A stretch of DNA of 32,000 nucleotides from Acaryochloris marina MBIC11017. Lineage in GTDB: Bacteria > Cyanobacteriota > Cyanobacteriia > Thermosynechococcales > Thermosynechococcaceae. The notes beneath the pieces are model-generated. The model saw nothing but the letters and a program-made list of their open reading frames with translations. It was not told the DNA's origin and made no database searches. A program made the position numbers and the translations under genes. Below, piece after piece: positions 20,654 through 29,428 of the stretch (positions within the stretch are counted from its first letter, which is position 1; every line of letters begins with the position of its first letter). The stretch spans positions 4,650,001 to 4,682,000 of the forward strand of contig NC_009925.1 in assembly GCF_000018105.1 (NCBI RefSeq). Direction: 5' to 3'.

Positions 20654-21763
20654 CTAGAAAACAGGGTCTGGGGAACGTTCTGCAATCACGGCCTCCGGTA
20701 AAACCAGCATGGCGTCACCGAAGGAATAGAAGCGGTATTGTTGTGCGATCGCATCCTCATACAAGGCTAATAACCGCTCCCGTCCCACTAGCGCACTCAC
20801 CAACATCAGCAAGCTCGATTTCGGCAAATGAAAGTTGGTGATCAAACCATCCACCACCCGCCATTGGTAACTGGGATAGATAAATAAATTGGTACGCCCC
20901 TGCCAAGGAACCAGCGGGCCATTCTGACAAGCGCCCTCCAGAGCCCTCGTTACAGTCGTTCCCACCGCAATAACGCGCCCCCCACTGGCCTTAGTTGTCC
21001 GAATAGCGTCTACCGTTGCTGCCGGCAAATCTACCCATTCCGAGTGCATATGGTGTTGCAAAATATCATCTGTTTCCACAGGCCGAAACGTCCCAATCCC
21101 CACATGAAGCGTCAGATGCGCCTGATTAATACCTTCAGATTGGAGACGGGCGAGTAACTCAGGGGTAAAATGCAACCCAGCCGTAGGGGCAGCAACGGCC
21201 CCGGGATGTTGAGCATAAACCGTTTGGTATTGTTCAGGCTGGGCAGTAGACTCTTGAATATAGGGAGGTAAGGGGACTTCACCCAGTTGTTCCAGAAGAT
21301 CCTCAAACGGCTCTTCAACCAGAGACTCAAACTGAATAATTCGCCCCCTTGTGTCTGCATCAGTAGCCAGAATCTCTGCCCGCAATAAGGGACGTTCTGG
21401 GGGGCCAAACTCTATCTGGGCCCCCGGCTTTAACCGCCGTCCTGGTCGGACTAGAGCAAGCCAAGTATTCGGCTGTCGAGGTTCCAGCAAAAAGACCTCA
21501 ACTGGCTGGGCCAGCTCAGAATTCAATTTGCGACCCAGGAGACGGGCTGGAATAACCCGGGTATCATTAAAAACCAGCAAATCGCCAGGCTGCAGTAGCG
21601 CGACTAAATCCTGGAAGATTTTATGCTGATGCGCTTGTTGTTGAACTACCAATAGCCGAGATCGGTCTCTAGGCACCAAAGGAGTTTGCGCAATGAAGGT
21701 CTCTGGCAGCAGATAATCATAGGCCTGGAGGGTTTGATCTAACTCGGGAGTGGGGCCCAGCAT
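20654..21763 (-). CDS. queA: S-adenosylmethionine:tRNA ribosyltransferase-isomerase
   Basis: 369 aa with [54 protein letters not shown] and [10 protein letters not shown]. Confidence 0.95.
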   Translation of the reverse strand: MLGPTPELDQTLQAYDYLLPETFIAQTPLVPRDRSRLLVVQQQAHQHKIFQDLVALLQPGDLLVFNDTRVIPARLLGRKLNSELAQPVEVFLLEPRQPNTWLALVRPGRRLKPGAQIEFGPPERPLLRAEILATDADTRGRIIQFESLVEEPFEDLLEQLGEVPLPPYIQESTAQPEQYQTVYAQHPGAVAAPTAGLHFTPELLARLQSEGINQAHLTLHVGIGTFRPVETDDILQHHMHSEWVDLPAATVDAIRTTKASGGRVIAVGTTVTRALEGACQNGPLVPWQGRTNLFIYPSYQWRVVDGLITNFHLPKSSLLMLVSALVGRERLLALYEDAIAQQYRFYSFGDAMLVLPEAVIAERSPDPVF

Positions 21764-21950
21764 GCTTTCTTTGTTACTGACGGTGAATTGATTGCCCTGA
21801 CTGCAATGATCAACCAGGTTGGGTATAACCCCCTATTAATTATGGGGATTCTGCTCTACCCATAAGCAGAGCTGATCGTGACAATAAGTATAGGCAGGTA
21901 TCCCTGCTCACCGCAAAAACGCTGGGGTTAGTGCCGAGGCAGGCACAATT

Positions 21951-22340
21951 ATGGATTACCTATATTATCTAGGAACAGCAAGTTTAGTTTTACGCGTTGT
22001 TCAGCATCTTCGCCGATCAACGGAATTACCCGTCGAGTTTATGACCGTTGTTCACCAACTTAACGGTTGGGTGTTGCGCATCAAAACGGCACCGGGCTGG
22101 ACACAACAAGATTTAGACAATTTCCGTGCCTTTCTGGGCGAACTGGGCATCCCTTACCAAGTAGATACCCGGGTCAGCACCGTACTTCAAGCATTGGAAG
22201 CCGGCCAATCTCCGGTCGAAGTGATGAGCCAATACCAAGTTGCAGTTATTGCCCATGGCACGCCTGACATGACTGAAATTGAGGCATTCCGCCAGCAGTT
22301 TATTCAAGGTTTAGGTTATTGTCCAGAGACTCTGGCCTAA
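21951..22340 (+). CDS. Hypothetical protein (129 aa)
   Basis: It is the longest ORF in the interval and has a globular-looking composition. Competing ORFs (22067..22267+, 22113..22307-) are shorter and nested inside it. I recognised no family. Confidence 0.5.
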   Translation: MDYLYYLGTASLVLRVVQHLRRSTELPVEFMTVVHQLNGWVLRIKTAPGWTQQDLDNFRAFLGELGIPYQVDTRVSTVLQALEAGQSPVEVMSQYQVAVIAHGTPDMTEIEAFRQQFIQGLGYCPETLA

Positions 22341-22357
22341 CAGTGTTACAGACTTAA

Positions 22358-22471
22358 TAGACCTCTTGCATAATTCAGCTACTGATATGGTAGAGGATTC
22401 AAAATTTAAGTCAGATCGCGGCATTCATTGAGTTAGTAGCACACCATGAAATGAATATTGCAAGAGGTCTA
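22358..22471. repeat. 114-bp unit bounded by 20-bp imperfect inverted repeats (TAGACCTCTTGCAtaATTCA / TGAATatTGCAAGAGGTCTA); MITE-like or structured-RNA candidate
   Basis: Read directly. There is a 13-bp perfect core (TAGACCTCTTGCA), then 2 mismatches, then 5 more matches. About 74 nt lie between the arms. The unit sits in an AT-rich non-coding gap. Confidence 0.4.
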
Positions 22472-22555
22472 ATCTTCCAAGCTCTATCGCTAAAATTATA
22501 GGGAATTAGCTTAGATAGGCTTTCCTTAGATAATTTGTGGCGCAAAGCTCAAAGT

Positions 22556-22576
22556 AAGGCCCTCTGAAAGGGCCTT
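22556..22576 (-). terminator. Stem-loop AAGGCCCT-ctgaa-AGGGCCTT between convergent genes; possible terminator
   Basis: Perfect 8-bp GC-rich stem with a 5-nt loop, 28 nt beyond the stop of the minus-strand ORF 22605..22880. On the minus strand it is followed by ACTTTGAGCTTTG, which is only weakly U-rich. Confidence 0.4.
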
Positions 22577-22604
22577 CATGGTGCATCCTAGGCAGGGGGC
22601 AATG

Positions 22605-22880
22605 CTACACAAGCATTTTGGCAGTCAAACGGCTCACCTCCCCCCTAGAGATGTCCTCAATTAATGTGCATAGATTTAGATAATTGTTATCGTTTTGAGA
22701 TAGCCATGGGCAATAATGCTCGCCTACGGGGCCTAACCATTGCCTCAGGATATCGGTATTAGTCATCATAATGGTTGTGTCGGTTCCCGAATAAGCTCTG
22801 TAATCGCGGCTGACATAAAAAATGGGCCACATTAAGCGCTCTAGGATGAGCCATTTTGGACCTGTGAACCGCTTCAACAT
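22605..22880 (-). CDS. Hypothetical protein (91 aa), possibly the 3' part of a frameshifted gene together with ORF 22759..22965
   Basis: Two minus-strand ORFs in different frames overlap by about 120 nt. I recognised no family with confidence. The string YVSRDYRAYSG is only faintly reminiscent of the sulfotransferase RDPxDRAYS motif. Confidence 0.3.
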   Translation of the reverse strand: MLKRFTGPKWLILERLMWPIFYVSRDYRAYSGTDTTIMMTNTDILRQWLGPVGEHYCPWLSQNDNNYLNLCTLIEDISRGEVSRLTAKMLV

Positions 22881-23016
22881 CTTCCGACCAAAAGTTATCG
22901 TTTAAGTCGGCAAACAACCTGCCCAGTATTTTGTCCGAAAGTTGCATACACTTAATATTAAGCAAAGCTTAAATGCCATCGTTTAAGCCTCTTAAAAGAC
23001 ACTGTATTAACATTTC

Positions 23017-23688
23017 ATGAATAAGAAGCTCAGCAAAATTAGTCTATTTGGGTTAGCTGTTGGCATCTTGGCCGTTTCTATCTGGCTGATCAGAAAGCTA
23101 GATGAAGAACCCCTAAAATCCCAAATTGAACTTTACGTTGAGCAACTGGGACCTTGGGCACCTTTGGGAATCTTTGTCCTTCGCTTGATCAGCGTTGTTA
23201 TTCCTATCATCCCAGGTGTACCTCAGGCCTTACTTGCAGGGAAAATATTGGATTACCCCATTGCGTTAGGAACAATTGTTATTTCTGACCTTTGTTCCTG
23301 TAGCATCGCGTTTTATCTCGCCAGACGATTTGGTCGAAACCTGGTCGAAAAACTAGTGGGTAAAAAGTTCATGGGCAGAGTGGATGAGTTGAGTGCCAAA
23401 CACTTAGAGAAAAACTTTTTCTTGTTAGCCGGTGCATTGATGACTGGAGCATTTGATTTTGTAAGCTACAGTGTGGGGCTAACAACCACCAAATGGAAAA
23501 TGTTTTTGCCAGGATTACTCATCGCTTCCCTTGTCCGAGGCGGACCGATTGTTGCCATAGGCGCAACTTTGTTTGATAAAGGAACTGGATATTTATATGC
23601 AGGCCTCTCGATCCTCGGTGCTTTTTGTGTGGCGATCTTAGCAGGGTGGCTCCAACAAAGAGGAGCTACTTCAGCGACTAAAAAATAA
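23017..23688 (+). CDS. TVP38/TMEM64 (DedA-related) family membrane protein
   Basis: 223 aa. It has an N-terminal TM helix, then ...LGPWAPLGIFVLRLISVVIPIIPGVPQALLAGKIL...FYLARRFGRNLVEKL..., the typical arrangement of this family. Confidence 0.75.
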   Translation: MNKKLSKISLFGLAVGILAVSIWLIRKLDEEPLKSQIELYVEQLGPWAPLGIFVLRLISVVIPIIPGVPQALLAGKILDYPIALGTIVISDLCSCSIAFYLARRFGRNLVEKLVGKKFMGRVDELSAKHLEKNFFLLAGALMTGAFDFVSYSVGLTTTKWKMFLPGLLIASLVRGGPIVAIGATLFDKGTGYLYAGLSILGAFCVAILAGWLQQRGATSATKK

Positions 23689-23782
23689 AAGTGCTGCCTC
23701 ATGGGACTCAGGTCTTTACAAAACGGATGCCTGATAATCCGTCAGATCTATTGAAAGCTGATATTTCATGTGCTTGCTATCC

Positions 23783-23830
23783 CATCTCTGAGGGAATCAA
23801 TCTCTTTATGAACTGATTCCCTCAGAGATG
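23783..23830. promoter_or_regulatory. Perfect 17-bp-stem hairpin (CATCTCTGAGGGAATCA - 14 nt - TGATTCCCTCAGAGATG)
   Basis: Read directly. It lies 95 nt after the TVP38 stop and 76 nt before the ABC-2 permease start. There is no flanking T-run, so it is not a classic terminator. Confidence 0.4.
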
Positions 23831-23906
23831 CATTAAATTCAGCGATTATTTCCTCCAATCAGCTGGGTACTATGAGAAGTAGGTTGGAAGAGTTAAGTGC
23901 CTAACG

Positions 23907-24680
23907 ATGAATCCTCAACGAATTGCAGTGATTGCATCCAATGTATTTCGTGATATTTTCCGTGATCGCGTCCTCTATCTAGCTGCGTTATATGCCATTG
24001 GCCTGATTTTAGTGATTTTATTTCTAGGTGAGGTCTCCGCTGGCACCGAGGGGAAAATCAGCATTGATGTAGGACTGGCTAGCATTAGTCTACTGGCGCT
24101 AGCCGTGGCCGCATTTGAGGGCGGCGGATTAATTAATAAAGAAGTCGAAAAGCGAACCGCATTAATTTTGCTAGCCAAACCCCTCAGCCGCACTGAATTT
24201 GTGCTAGGGAAGCATATAGGGCTATCAGGGGTTTTAACTCTCTTAATTGCCATTATGACGGCGATTTTAGTGAGTGTACTTAGCTGGCAGCAGTTTGCCT
24301 TCGAATTCAATAATATTCTCTTGAGCAGTAGCTTTCTGATTTTAGAGATGGCTTTGATTGCAGCCGTTTCCATTTTGTTCGGTGCATTTACCAGTTCTTT
24401 AATGGGGACTGTTCTCACTTTTGCCGTCTATTTCATGGGGCACTTCAGCCAAAACCTGCTTAAGCTCAGCGAATCTATTAAATCTGAAAGTGTACAGCAG
24501 ATTGCCAAGGTGATTTACCTCATTTTCCCTGATTTATCGCGCTTAGACCTAAAAAATCAGGCAGTGCATATCATCACCATTCCGCCCTCACAAATGGCCA
24601 TGAACGCGGTCTATGGCATCGTGTATATCACCTTACTCCTAGCCATCTCCACCATTATTTTTGCCAATCGAGAATTCTAG
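23907..24680 (+). CDS. ABC-2 family transporter permease (NosY/YhaP-like) with no adjacent ATPase gene
   Basis: 257 aa with 6 TM segments. The N-terminus IAVIASNVFRDIFRDRVLYL and the motif ...EKRTALILLAKPLSRTEFVLGKH... are typical of this permease family. Confidence 0.7.
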   Translation: MNPQRIAVIASNVFRDIFRDRVLYLAALYAIGLILVILFLGEVSAGTEGKISIDVGLASISLLALAVAAFEGGGLINKEVEKRTALILLAKPLSRTEFVLGKHIGLSGVLTLLIAIMTAILVSVLSWQQFAFEFNNILLSSSFLILEMALIAAVSILFGAFTSSLMGTVLTFAVYFMGHFSQNLLKLSESIKSESVQQIAKVIYLIFPDLSRLDLKNQAVHIITIPPSQMAMNAVYGIVYITLLLAISTIIFANREF

Positions 24681-26266
24681 AGAGGGCGATAGACTCGATA
24701 GTTAATGCTAGGAAAGATGTTATCCATGACTTCTACTTTCTCCAGCCATCCACTATCTACCTGTTGCTTTTTAATTTCATGGTAGAGATGCTGGAATCGG
24801 GCCAAGTGGGACCGAGTCCGGCGGACCGCATAGGGAACCATAGTCCCCGTTCGCATGATAAATGCCCAGTCAGAAGACTGAGCCAACAAAAGTTCTCGGG
24901 CCGCTTGATTTAAGGCTCGCCATTGCAGATCATCTTCAGGCTCCAATTTAGCCAATTCAATCATTCGTTCGGCAGCCTTATGAAGATGGGGATAAATCCA
25001 GGCATTGGTCTCATTGAGCCAGTACTCATGAAATCCCTTGTACCCCCAACTGGACTGGGAAGGGCGACAAACTTGTTGATTCGGCTGCGCTTTCAAGTAA
25101 TCCGCCAAGTGAGTCATTTCATAAGTCTGTTGATCATGCCAGGACTTTCGGAATAGATAATCAATAAACCAAGGCCCTTCATACCACCAGTGGCCATAGA
25201 GTTCGGCATCGTAGGGGGAAACCACAATGGGCGGGCGCTGCATCATCCCCTGCAAATTTCTGATTTGCTGTTCCCGATTAAACATAAAGTTATGGGCATG
25301 TTCTGCCGCTTTTTCCCGCGCCCAATAGGGATCATAAAGCGCTTTATCGGAAAGACCCCCACCGCGTCCTGTAATTTTGTGATACTTTATCCCGACATTT
25401 TTGCGCTGGCCGTTGGGCATAATGTAGGGCTTGATATATTCGTACTCTGCTTCCCAGCCGAGATCTTTATAAAACTCTCGATATTCCGGTGCTCCCGGAT
25501 AACCCACCTCGGAGGACCACACCTGCTGGGAGGATTCATGATCACGGCCAAAGGCCGCCACCCCTGTTTCTGTAAAAATAGGCGCATAGGTGCCAAAGCG
25601 GGGGCGAGGCCTGGCATAGAGCAAGCCATGACCATCCATCAGGAAGTAGCGCAACCCGGCATCGGCTAGCATCCGCTCCAGTCCCTCAAAATAGGCGCAT
25701 TCTGGCAGCCAAATGCCCTTAGGAGGGCGTCCAAACGTCTCTTCGTAATGCTCGCAAGCGACCTGTAGTTGAGCCCAAACCGCCTGAGGATACATTTTCA
25801 TCAGGGGTAAATAACCGTGGGTGGCCCCGCAGGTAATAATTTCTAGGTTGTTCGTGTCTTGAAACTGTTTAAAGGCTGACACTACATCGCGATTGTAGTT
25901 CTCCCATACCTCTCGCACTGTATGGAATTCATTGACATAGTGCTCGGCCAAGTAGCGGATATGGCTATTGTGAACATTGCGCTCAACTTCTAGGGTGGCC
26001 AGCTCTTCTAATTTCGCAAGATGTTCATCGTACCGATCTTGGAGGAGGGGATCTTGCAGCATAGACACCAAGGGAGGAGTCATGCTCATGGTGATTTTGA
26101 AATCAATCCCATCTCGCTTTAATCCTGAGAAGACTTGGAGTAAAGGGATATAGGTTTCAGTAATTGCCTCAAATAGCCACTCTTCCTCTAGGACAAAATC
26201 ACTTTCAGGGTGACGAACAAAGGGAAGATGAGCATGAAGTACCAGGGCAAGATAACCAAGAGTCAT
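24677..26266 (-). CDS. Glycoside hydrolase family 57 protein (1,4-alpha-glucan branching enzyme type)
   Basis: 529 aa. The N-terminus GYLALVLHAHLPFVRHPE...EEWLFEAITETYIPLL, together with WLPECAY and YDAELYGHWWYEGPWF, matches the GH57 branching-enzyme architecture (GH57 domain plus a DUF1957-like C-terminal domain). Confidence 0.9.
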   Translation of the reverse strand: MTLGYLALVLHAHLPFVRHPESDFVLEEEWLFEAITETYIPLLQVFSGLKRDGIDFKITMSMTPPLVSMLQDPLLQDRYDEHLAKLEELATLEVERNVHNSHIRYLAEHYVNEFHTVREVWENYNRDVVSAFKQFQDTNNLEIITCGATHGYLPLMKMYPQAVWAQLQVACEHYEETFGRPPKGIWLPECAYFEGLERMLADAGLRYFLMDGHGLLYARPRPRFGTYAPIFTETGVAAFGRDHESSQQVWSSEVGYPGAPEYREFYKDLGWEAEYEYIKPYIMPNGQRKNVGIKYHKITGRGGGLSDKALYDPYWAREKAAEHAHNFMFNREQQIRNLQGMMQRPPIVVSPYDAELYGHWWYEGPWFIDYLFRKSWHDQQTYEMTHLADYLKAQPNQQVCRPSQSSWGYKGFHEYWLNETNAWIYPHLHKAAERMIELAKLEPEDDLQWRALNQAARELLLAQSSDWAFIMRTGTMVPYAVRRTRSHLARFQHLYHEIKKQQVDSGWLEKVEVMDNIFPSINYRVYRPL

Positions 26267-26372
26267 AAATTTTCGTTAGGAAGGGCAGACGGGACGACGG
26301 CCATTGACCGAGAGTATTAAATAATAGTAAAGAATGACGGCCCCAATTGAATAGATAGAAACATACAATTTT

Positions 26373-27764
26373 CTATCTTGATGCATGAGTGGGGTGTTCC
26401 ATCCGGTTAACTCGCCCATACCATCGCAGTAAAACCCGCGCTAAGCGTTCGGGACTATGGCGAACATACTTGGTATTTTGATCTTCATCCATAACATTGG
26501 CCAGAATTACCCGACACCCCAGCCGCATCAGCATTTCTCGGTCTATCACGATGGGATGGGCATTTTCCTGCATATAGCGAGCTAGGGCCATGGAAGAGGG
26601 TAATTTTTTTTGCACTAGCACGGCATCAAAGACTCGCTTACCGCAGGCCGCATCGAGGGCCTTAATGTGATCGGCAACGGTGTAGCCATCCGTTTCTCCA
26701 GGCTGACTCATAATATTGCAGACATAGATCCGAGGCACCGTTCGACGGGCAATCGCCTCAACGATTTCTGGCACCAGAAGATTAGGGACAACGCTGGTAT
26801 AGAGGCTTCCAGGGCCGAGAATGATGAGATCGGCATCAATAATCGCTCGAATAGCTTTAGGCAAAGCAGGCGGACGCTCAGGTGTGCAGCCCACACGAAT
26901 GATTCTGCCTCCTGCAGCCGTAATATTGGATTCTCCCTCAATACAGCGACCATCTTCTAAATCTGCCCAGAGGCTCACGTCGCTGAGGGTGGCAGGTAAT
27001 ACCTGACCCCGGACGGCTAACACTTGGGAACTTGCGGCAATGGCTTGTTCCCAACTATCGGTAATCTCACTCATGGCCGTTAGGAACAAGTTGCCAAAGC
27101 TATGTCCAGCGAGTCCATCTCCTGCTTTAAACCGATATTGGAATAGCGCTGTGATCAATTTTTCTTGGTCGGCTAAAGCGGCAATGCAGTTACGCAGATC
27201 CCCTGGGGGTAGACCCCCAATTTCACGTCTTAGGCGTCCCGACGATCCACCATCATCCGCCACCGTAACGATGGCTGTGATATTTGAGCTATAAGACTTC
27301 AAGCCTCGAAGCAACGTAGACAAGCCGGTTCCGCCCCCAACCACCACAATTTTGGGGCCTCGATTCAAACGGCGATGGACGAGAAGGCGATCCACAACCT
27401 CTTCTTGGCTATCTGGGATTAAGACTTCAGTAATGGACCCCAAAGTTCGGGTTTGCCCCCACCACACTAAAAATAAACCCAATACGATTACGAGAGGGCC
27501 ACTGATCTGTCTGGGTAAGACTTGGGCAAAGAACCGGAGTGCAGATTCGAGAAACTGAATAACATAAAAGATGGGGGTTAAACGGACTAGGATGGCTAAT
27601 CCTAGACTCGTTAAGAGGACACCGATGGCGCTTAAAAATAACCACCGTTTAATTGATAGTCCAGGAGATAACCAGCGAATGGAACGACCTAACCGTCCGG
27701 GAAGATGCTGCAACGATTTGCCTTTATAAGAAGTTATCGTCTGTTTGGGAGATCCCATGAGCAT
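26373..27764 (-). CDS. yvcK: YvcK/CofD-like (UPF0052, gluconeogenesis factor family) protein with an N-terminal two-helix membrane anchor
   Basis: [20 protein letters not shown]...[19 protein letters not shown]...PPGDLRNC...[12 protein letters not shown] is the YvcK/CofD signature. The track start at 27773 is a TTG. The first ATGs are at 27764 and 27758. Confidence 0.85.
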   Translation of the reverse strand: MLMGSPKQTITSYKGKSLQHLPGRLGRSIRWLSPGLSIKRWLFLSAIGVLLTSLGLAILVRLTPIFYVIQFLESALRFFAQVLPRQISGPLVIVLGLFLVWWGQTRTLGSITEVLIPDSQEEVVDRLLVHRRLNRGPKIVVVGGGTGLSTLLRGLKSYSSNITAIVTVADDGGSSGRLRREIGGLPPGDLRNCIAALADQEKLITALFQYRFKAGDGLAGHSFGNLFLTAMSEITDSWEQAIAASSQVLAVRGQVLPATLSDVSLWADLEDGRCIEGESNITAAGGRIIRVGCTPERPPALPKAIRAIIDADLIILGPGSLYTSVVPNLLVPEIVEAIARRTVPRIYVCNIMSQPGETDGYTVADHIKALDAACGKRVFDAVLVQKKLPSSMALARYMQENAHPIVIDREMLMRLGCRVILANVMDEDQNTKYVRHSPERLARVLLRWYGRVNRMEHPTHASR

Positions 27765-28052
27765 CAACCACAAAAGTGTTTATGTCCAAATTATAGAGAG
27801 GTAAAACCGTCCCTATTCACCCTGAAGTCGAGATGTTGGGGCAAGGGCCTGAGTATAGCTTAGGGTACTTTGTCTCTAATTTTTTGGAAATAAAAGATAA
27901 TTGCATTTCAGCCTGCCGCCTCAAGCATTTTCTCCAAAAATGTTACGGCTCAGCAACTGGTAGGAGAAGAAAAAGTTAGGCAGGATATGGAGGATGGATT
28001 CAGAAGAGGTAGGACCGCATTGAGTGATGTAACTTTCAATCCTCAACTTCAA

Positions 28053-28460
28053 TTACAAAGACAAGTCGATGTCGGGCTTAGGGGGCGACTCATAGGAAGA
28101 TGCAGCATCCGATAGCCTTGGTGCTGGTGCCTCTAGTGGGGGTTCACCAAGCTCAGGAGTATCTTCTAATTCTAATGAAGTTTGAGCATCGGGCTCAAAT
28201 TTGATACGACGGATCGGTAAATTGGCGATTAAGGCCGTTGCCCGCTGATCGGATTCCAGACTGAAATTGAGTCCCTCTGTATCGATCTCTACATAGCGAG
28301 AAACCACTTCCAAAATTTCTCGACGCATCGATTCCATCAGCTCTGGCGGTAGGTTAGCTCGATCATGGGCTAAGACAATTTTGAGCCGACTTTTGACATC
28401 ATCACGACTAGTCGTCATGTCTTGGCCGAGAAAAAGCCGTTCGAGAAAATCGCTAATCAT
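28053..28460 (-). CDS. minE: Cell division topological specificity factor MinE with a long acidic/Pro-rich C-terminal tail
   Basis: The N-terminus [10 protein letters not shown]...[43 protein letters not shown] is canonical MinE. It is the last gene of minCDE. Confidence 0.9.
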   Translation of the reverse strand: MISDFLERLFLGQDMTTSRDDVKSRLKIVLAHDRANLPPELMESMRREILEVVSRYVEIDTEGLNFSLESDQRATALIANLPIRRIKFEPDAQTSLELEDTPELGEPPLEAPAPRLSDAASSYESPPKPDIDLSL

Positions 28461-28554
28461 AGAATTTCAACGTAAGCGTGAACGTCCACAGTCAGAGGTA
28501 ATGGCTACAGTATGACGTGTAGCTTGGCTGATGTGCTGGAGGATATGCAAAGAA

Positions 28555-29352
28555 TTACCGTTTAAAGAAACGTTTAACCCTCGAGAAAAGCGTATCGTAG
28601 GGGGCATTGAGATCTAAGAAATCGATGTCCTTTCCTTCAATCCGCTGAGCAATGTTTTGCAGAGCCATACCGCTAAGAGAAAAGTTCTCTGATAGTACTA
28701 AGGGTTCCCCACGGTTGGTCGCCACAATCACCTGCTCATCATCGGGAATCATGCCGATGAGAGGAATCGCTAGAATTTCTTGGACATCCTGAACCGACAT
28801 CATGTCATTGGCCTGAACCATAGCGGGTCGGATGCGGTTCACAATCAAATTGATGGTTTTGACATGGTGCGCTTCAAGTAACCCCACCACTCGGTCGGCA
28901 TCTCGAACGGCGGAAATTTCAGGAGTCGTCACAATTAAGGCTTCGTCTGCAGCTGCGATCGCATTCTGAAACCCCATCTCAATCCCTGCCGGGCAGTCGA
29001 TCAAGACAAAATCATACTTTTTCGTCAACGCATAAGCGAGCTGCTTCATCTGCTCTGGCGTGACGGCATCTTTGTTGCGATTTTGGGCTGCCGGTAGAAG
29101 CACCAAATCATGGAGGCGCTTGTCTTTAACCAGGGCTTGTTCTAAGCGACATTGCCCAGCCAAGACCTCCAGGGCTGTATACACGACACGGTTTTCTAAA
29201 CCCAGCAACAAATCAAGGTTGCGCAATCCAAAGTCAGCGTCTATGAGCGCGACCGAATGGTTTAGCCTTGCTAAGGCCATTCCTAAATTGGCTGAACAGG
29301 TGGTTTTGCCCACCCCACCTTTGCCAGAGGTAATAACTATAATTCGACCCAT
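28555..29352 (-). CDS. minD: Septum site-determining ATPase MinD
   Basis: 265 aa with the deviant Walker A SGKGGVGKTT, DADFGLRNLDL, IDCPAGIE and a C-terminal amphipathic helix ...LFSRVKRFFKR. Confidence 0.95.
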   Translation of the reverse strand: MGRIIVITSGKGGVGKTTCSANLGMALARLNHSVALIDADFGLRNLDLLLGLENRVVYTALEVLAGQCRLEQALVKDKRLHDLVLLPAAQNRNKDAVTPEQMKQLAYALTKKYDFVLIDCPAGIEMGFQNAIAAADEALIVTTPEISAVRDADRVVGLLEAHHVKTINLIVNRIRPAMVQANDMMSVQDVQEILAIPLIGMIPDDEQVIVATNRGEPLVLSENFSLSGMALQNIAQRIEGKDIDFLDLNAPYDTLFSRVKRFFKR

Positions 29353-29428
29353 ATAACAGAGAGCGTTACAACTTTCGTCAACTCAGCCAAACAAATGATT
29401 TATAGTGTATATCAATTTTGTGATTTCG

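Noticed and set aside
22340-24680. AT-richer stretch as a possible horizontally acquired islet. It holds the hypothetical remnant, TVP38, the orphan permease and long hairpins, and has no HIP1 copies.
   Set aside because: My hand counts of a few 60-nt lines gave roughly 38-45% GC here. Lines inside the ABC exporter genes at 8.3-8.4 kb gave about 40% too, so the contrast is not specific. There is no integrase, tRNA, transposase or flanking direct repeat. Composition alone is not enough. A proper sliding-window GC and codon-usage analysis would be needed.
27833-27976. 47-codon ORF (MLGQGPEYSLGYFVSNFLEIKDNCISACRLKHFLQKCYGSATGRRRKS) in the yvcK-minE intergenic region.
   Set aside because: It has no ribosome-binding context and no recognisable motif. 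Its composition is consistent with a random ORF in AT-rich spacer.
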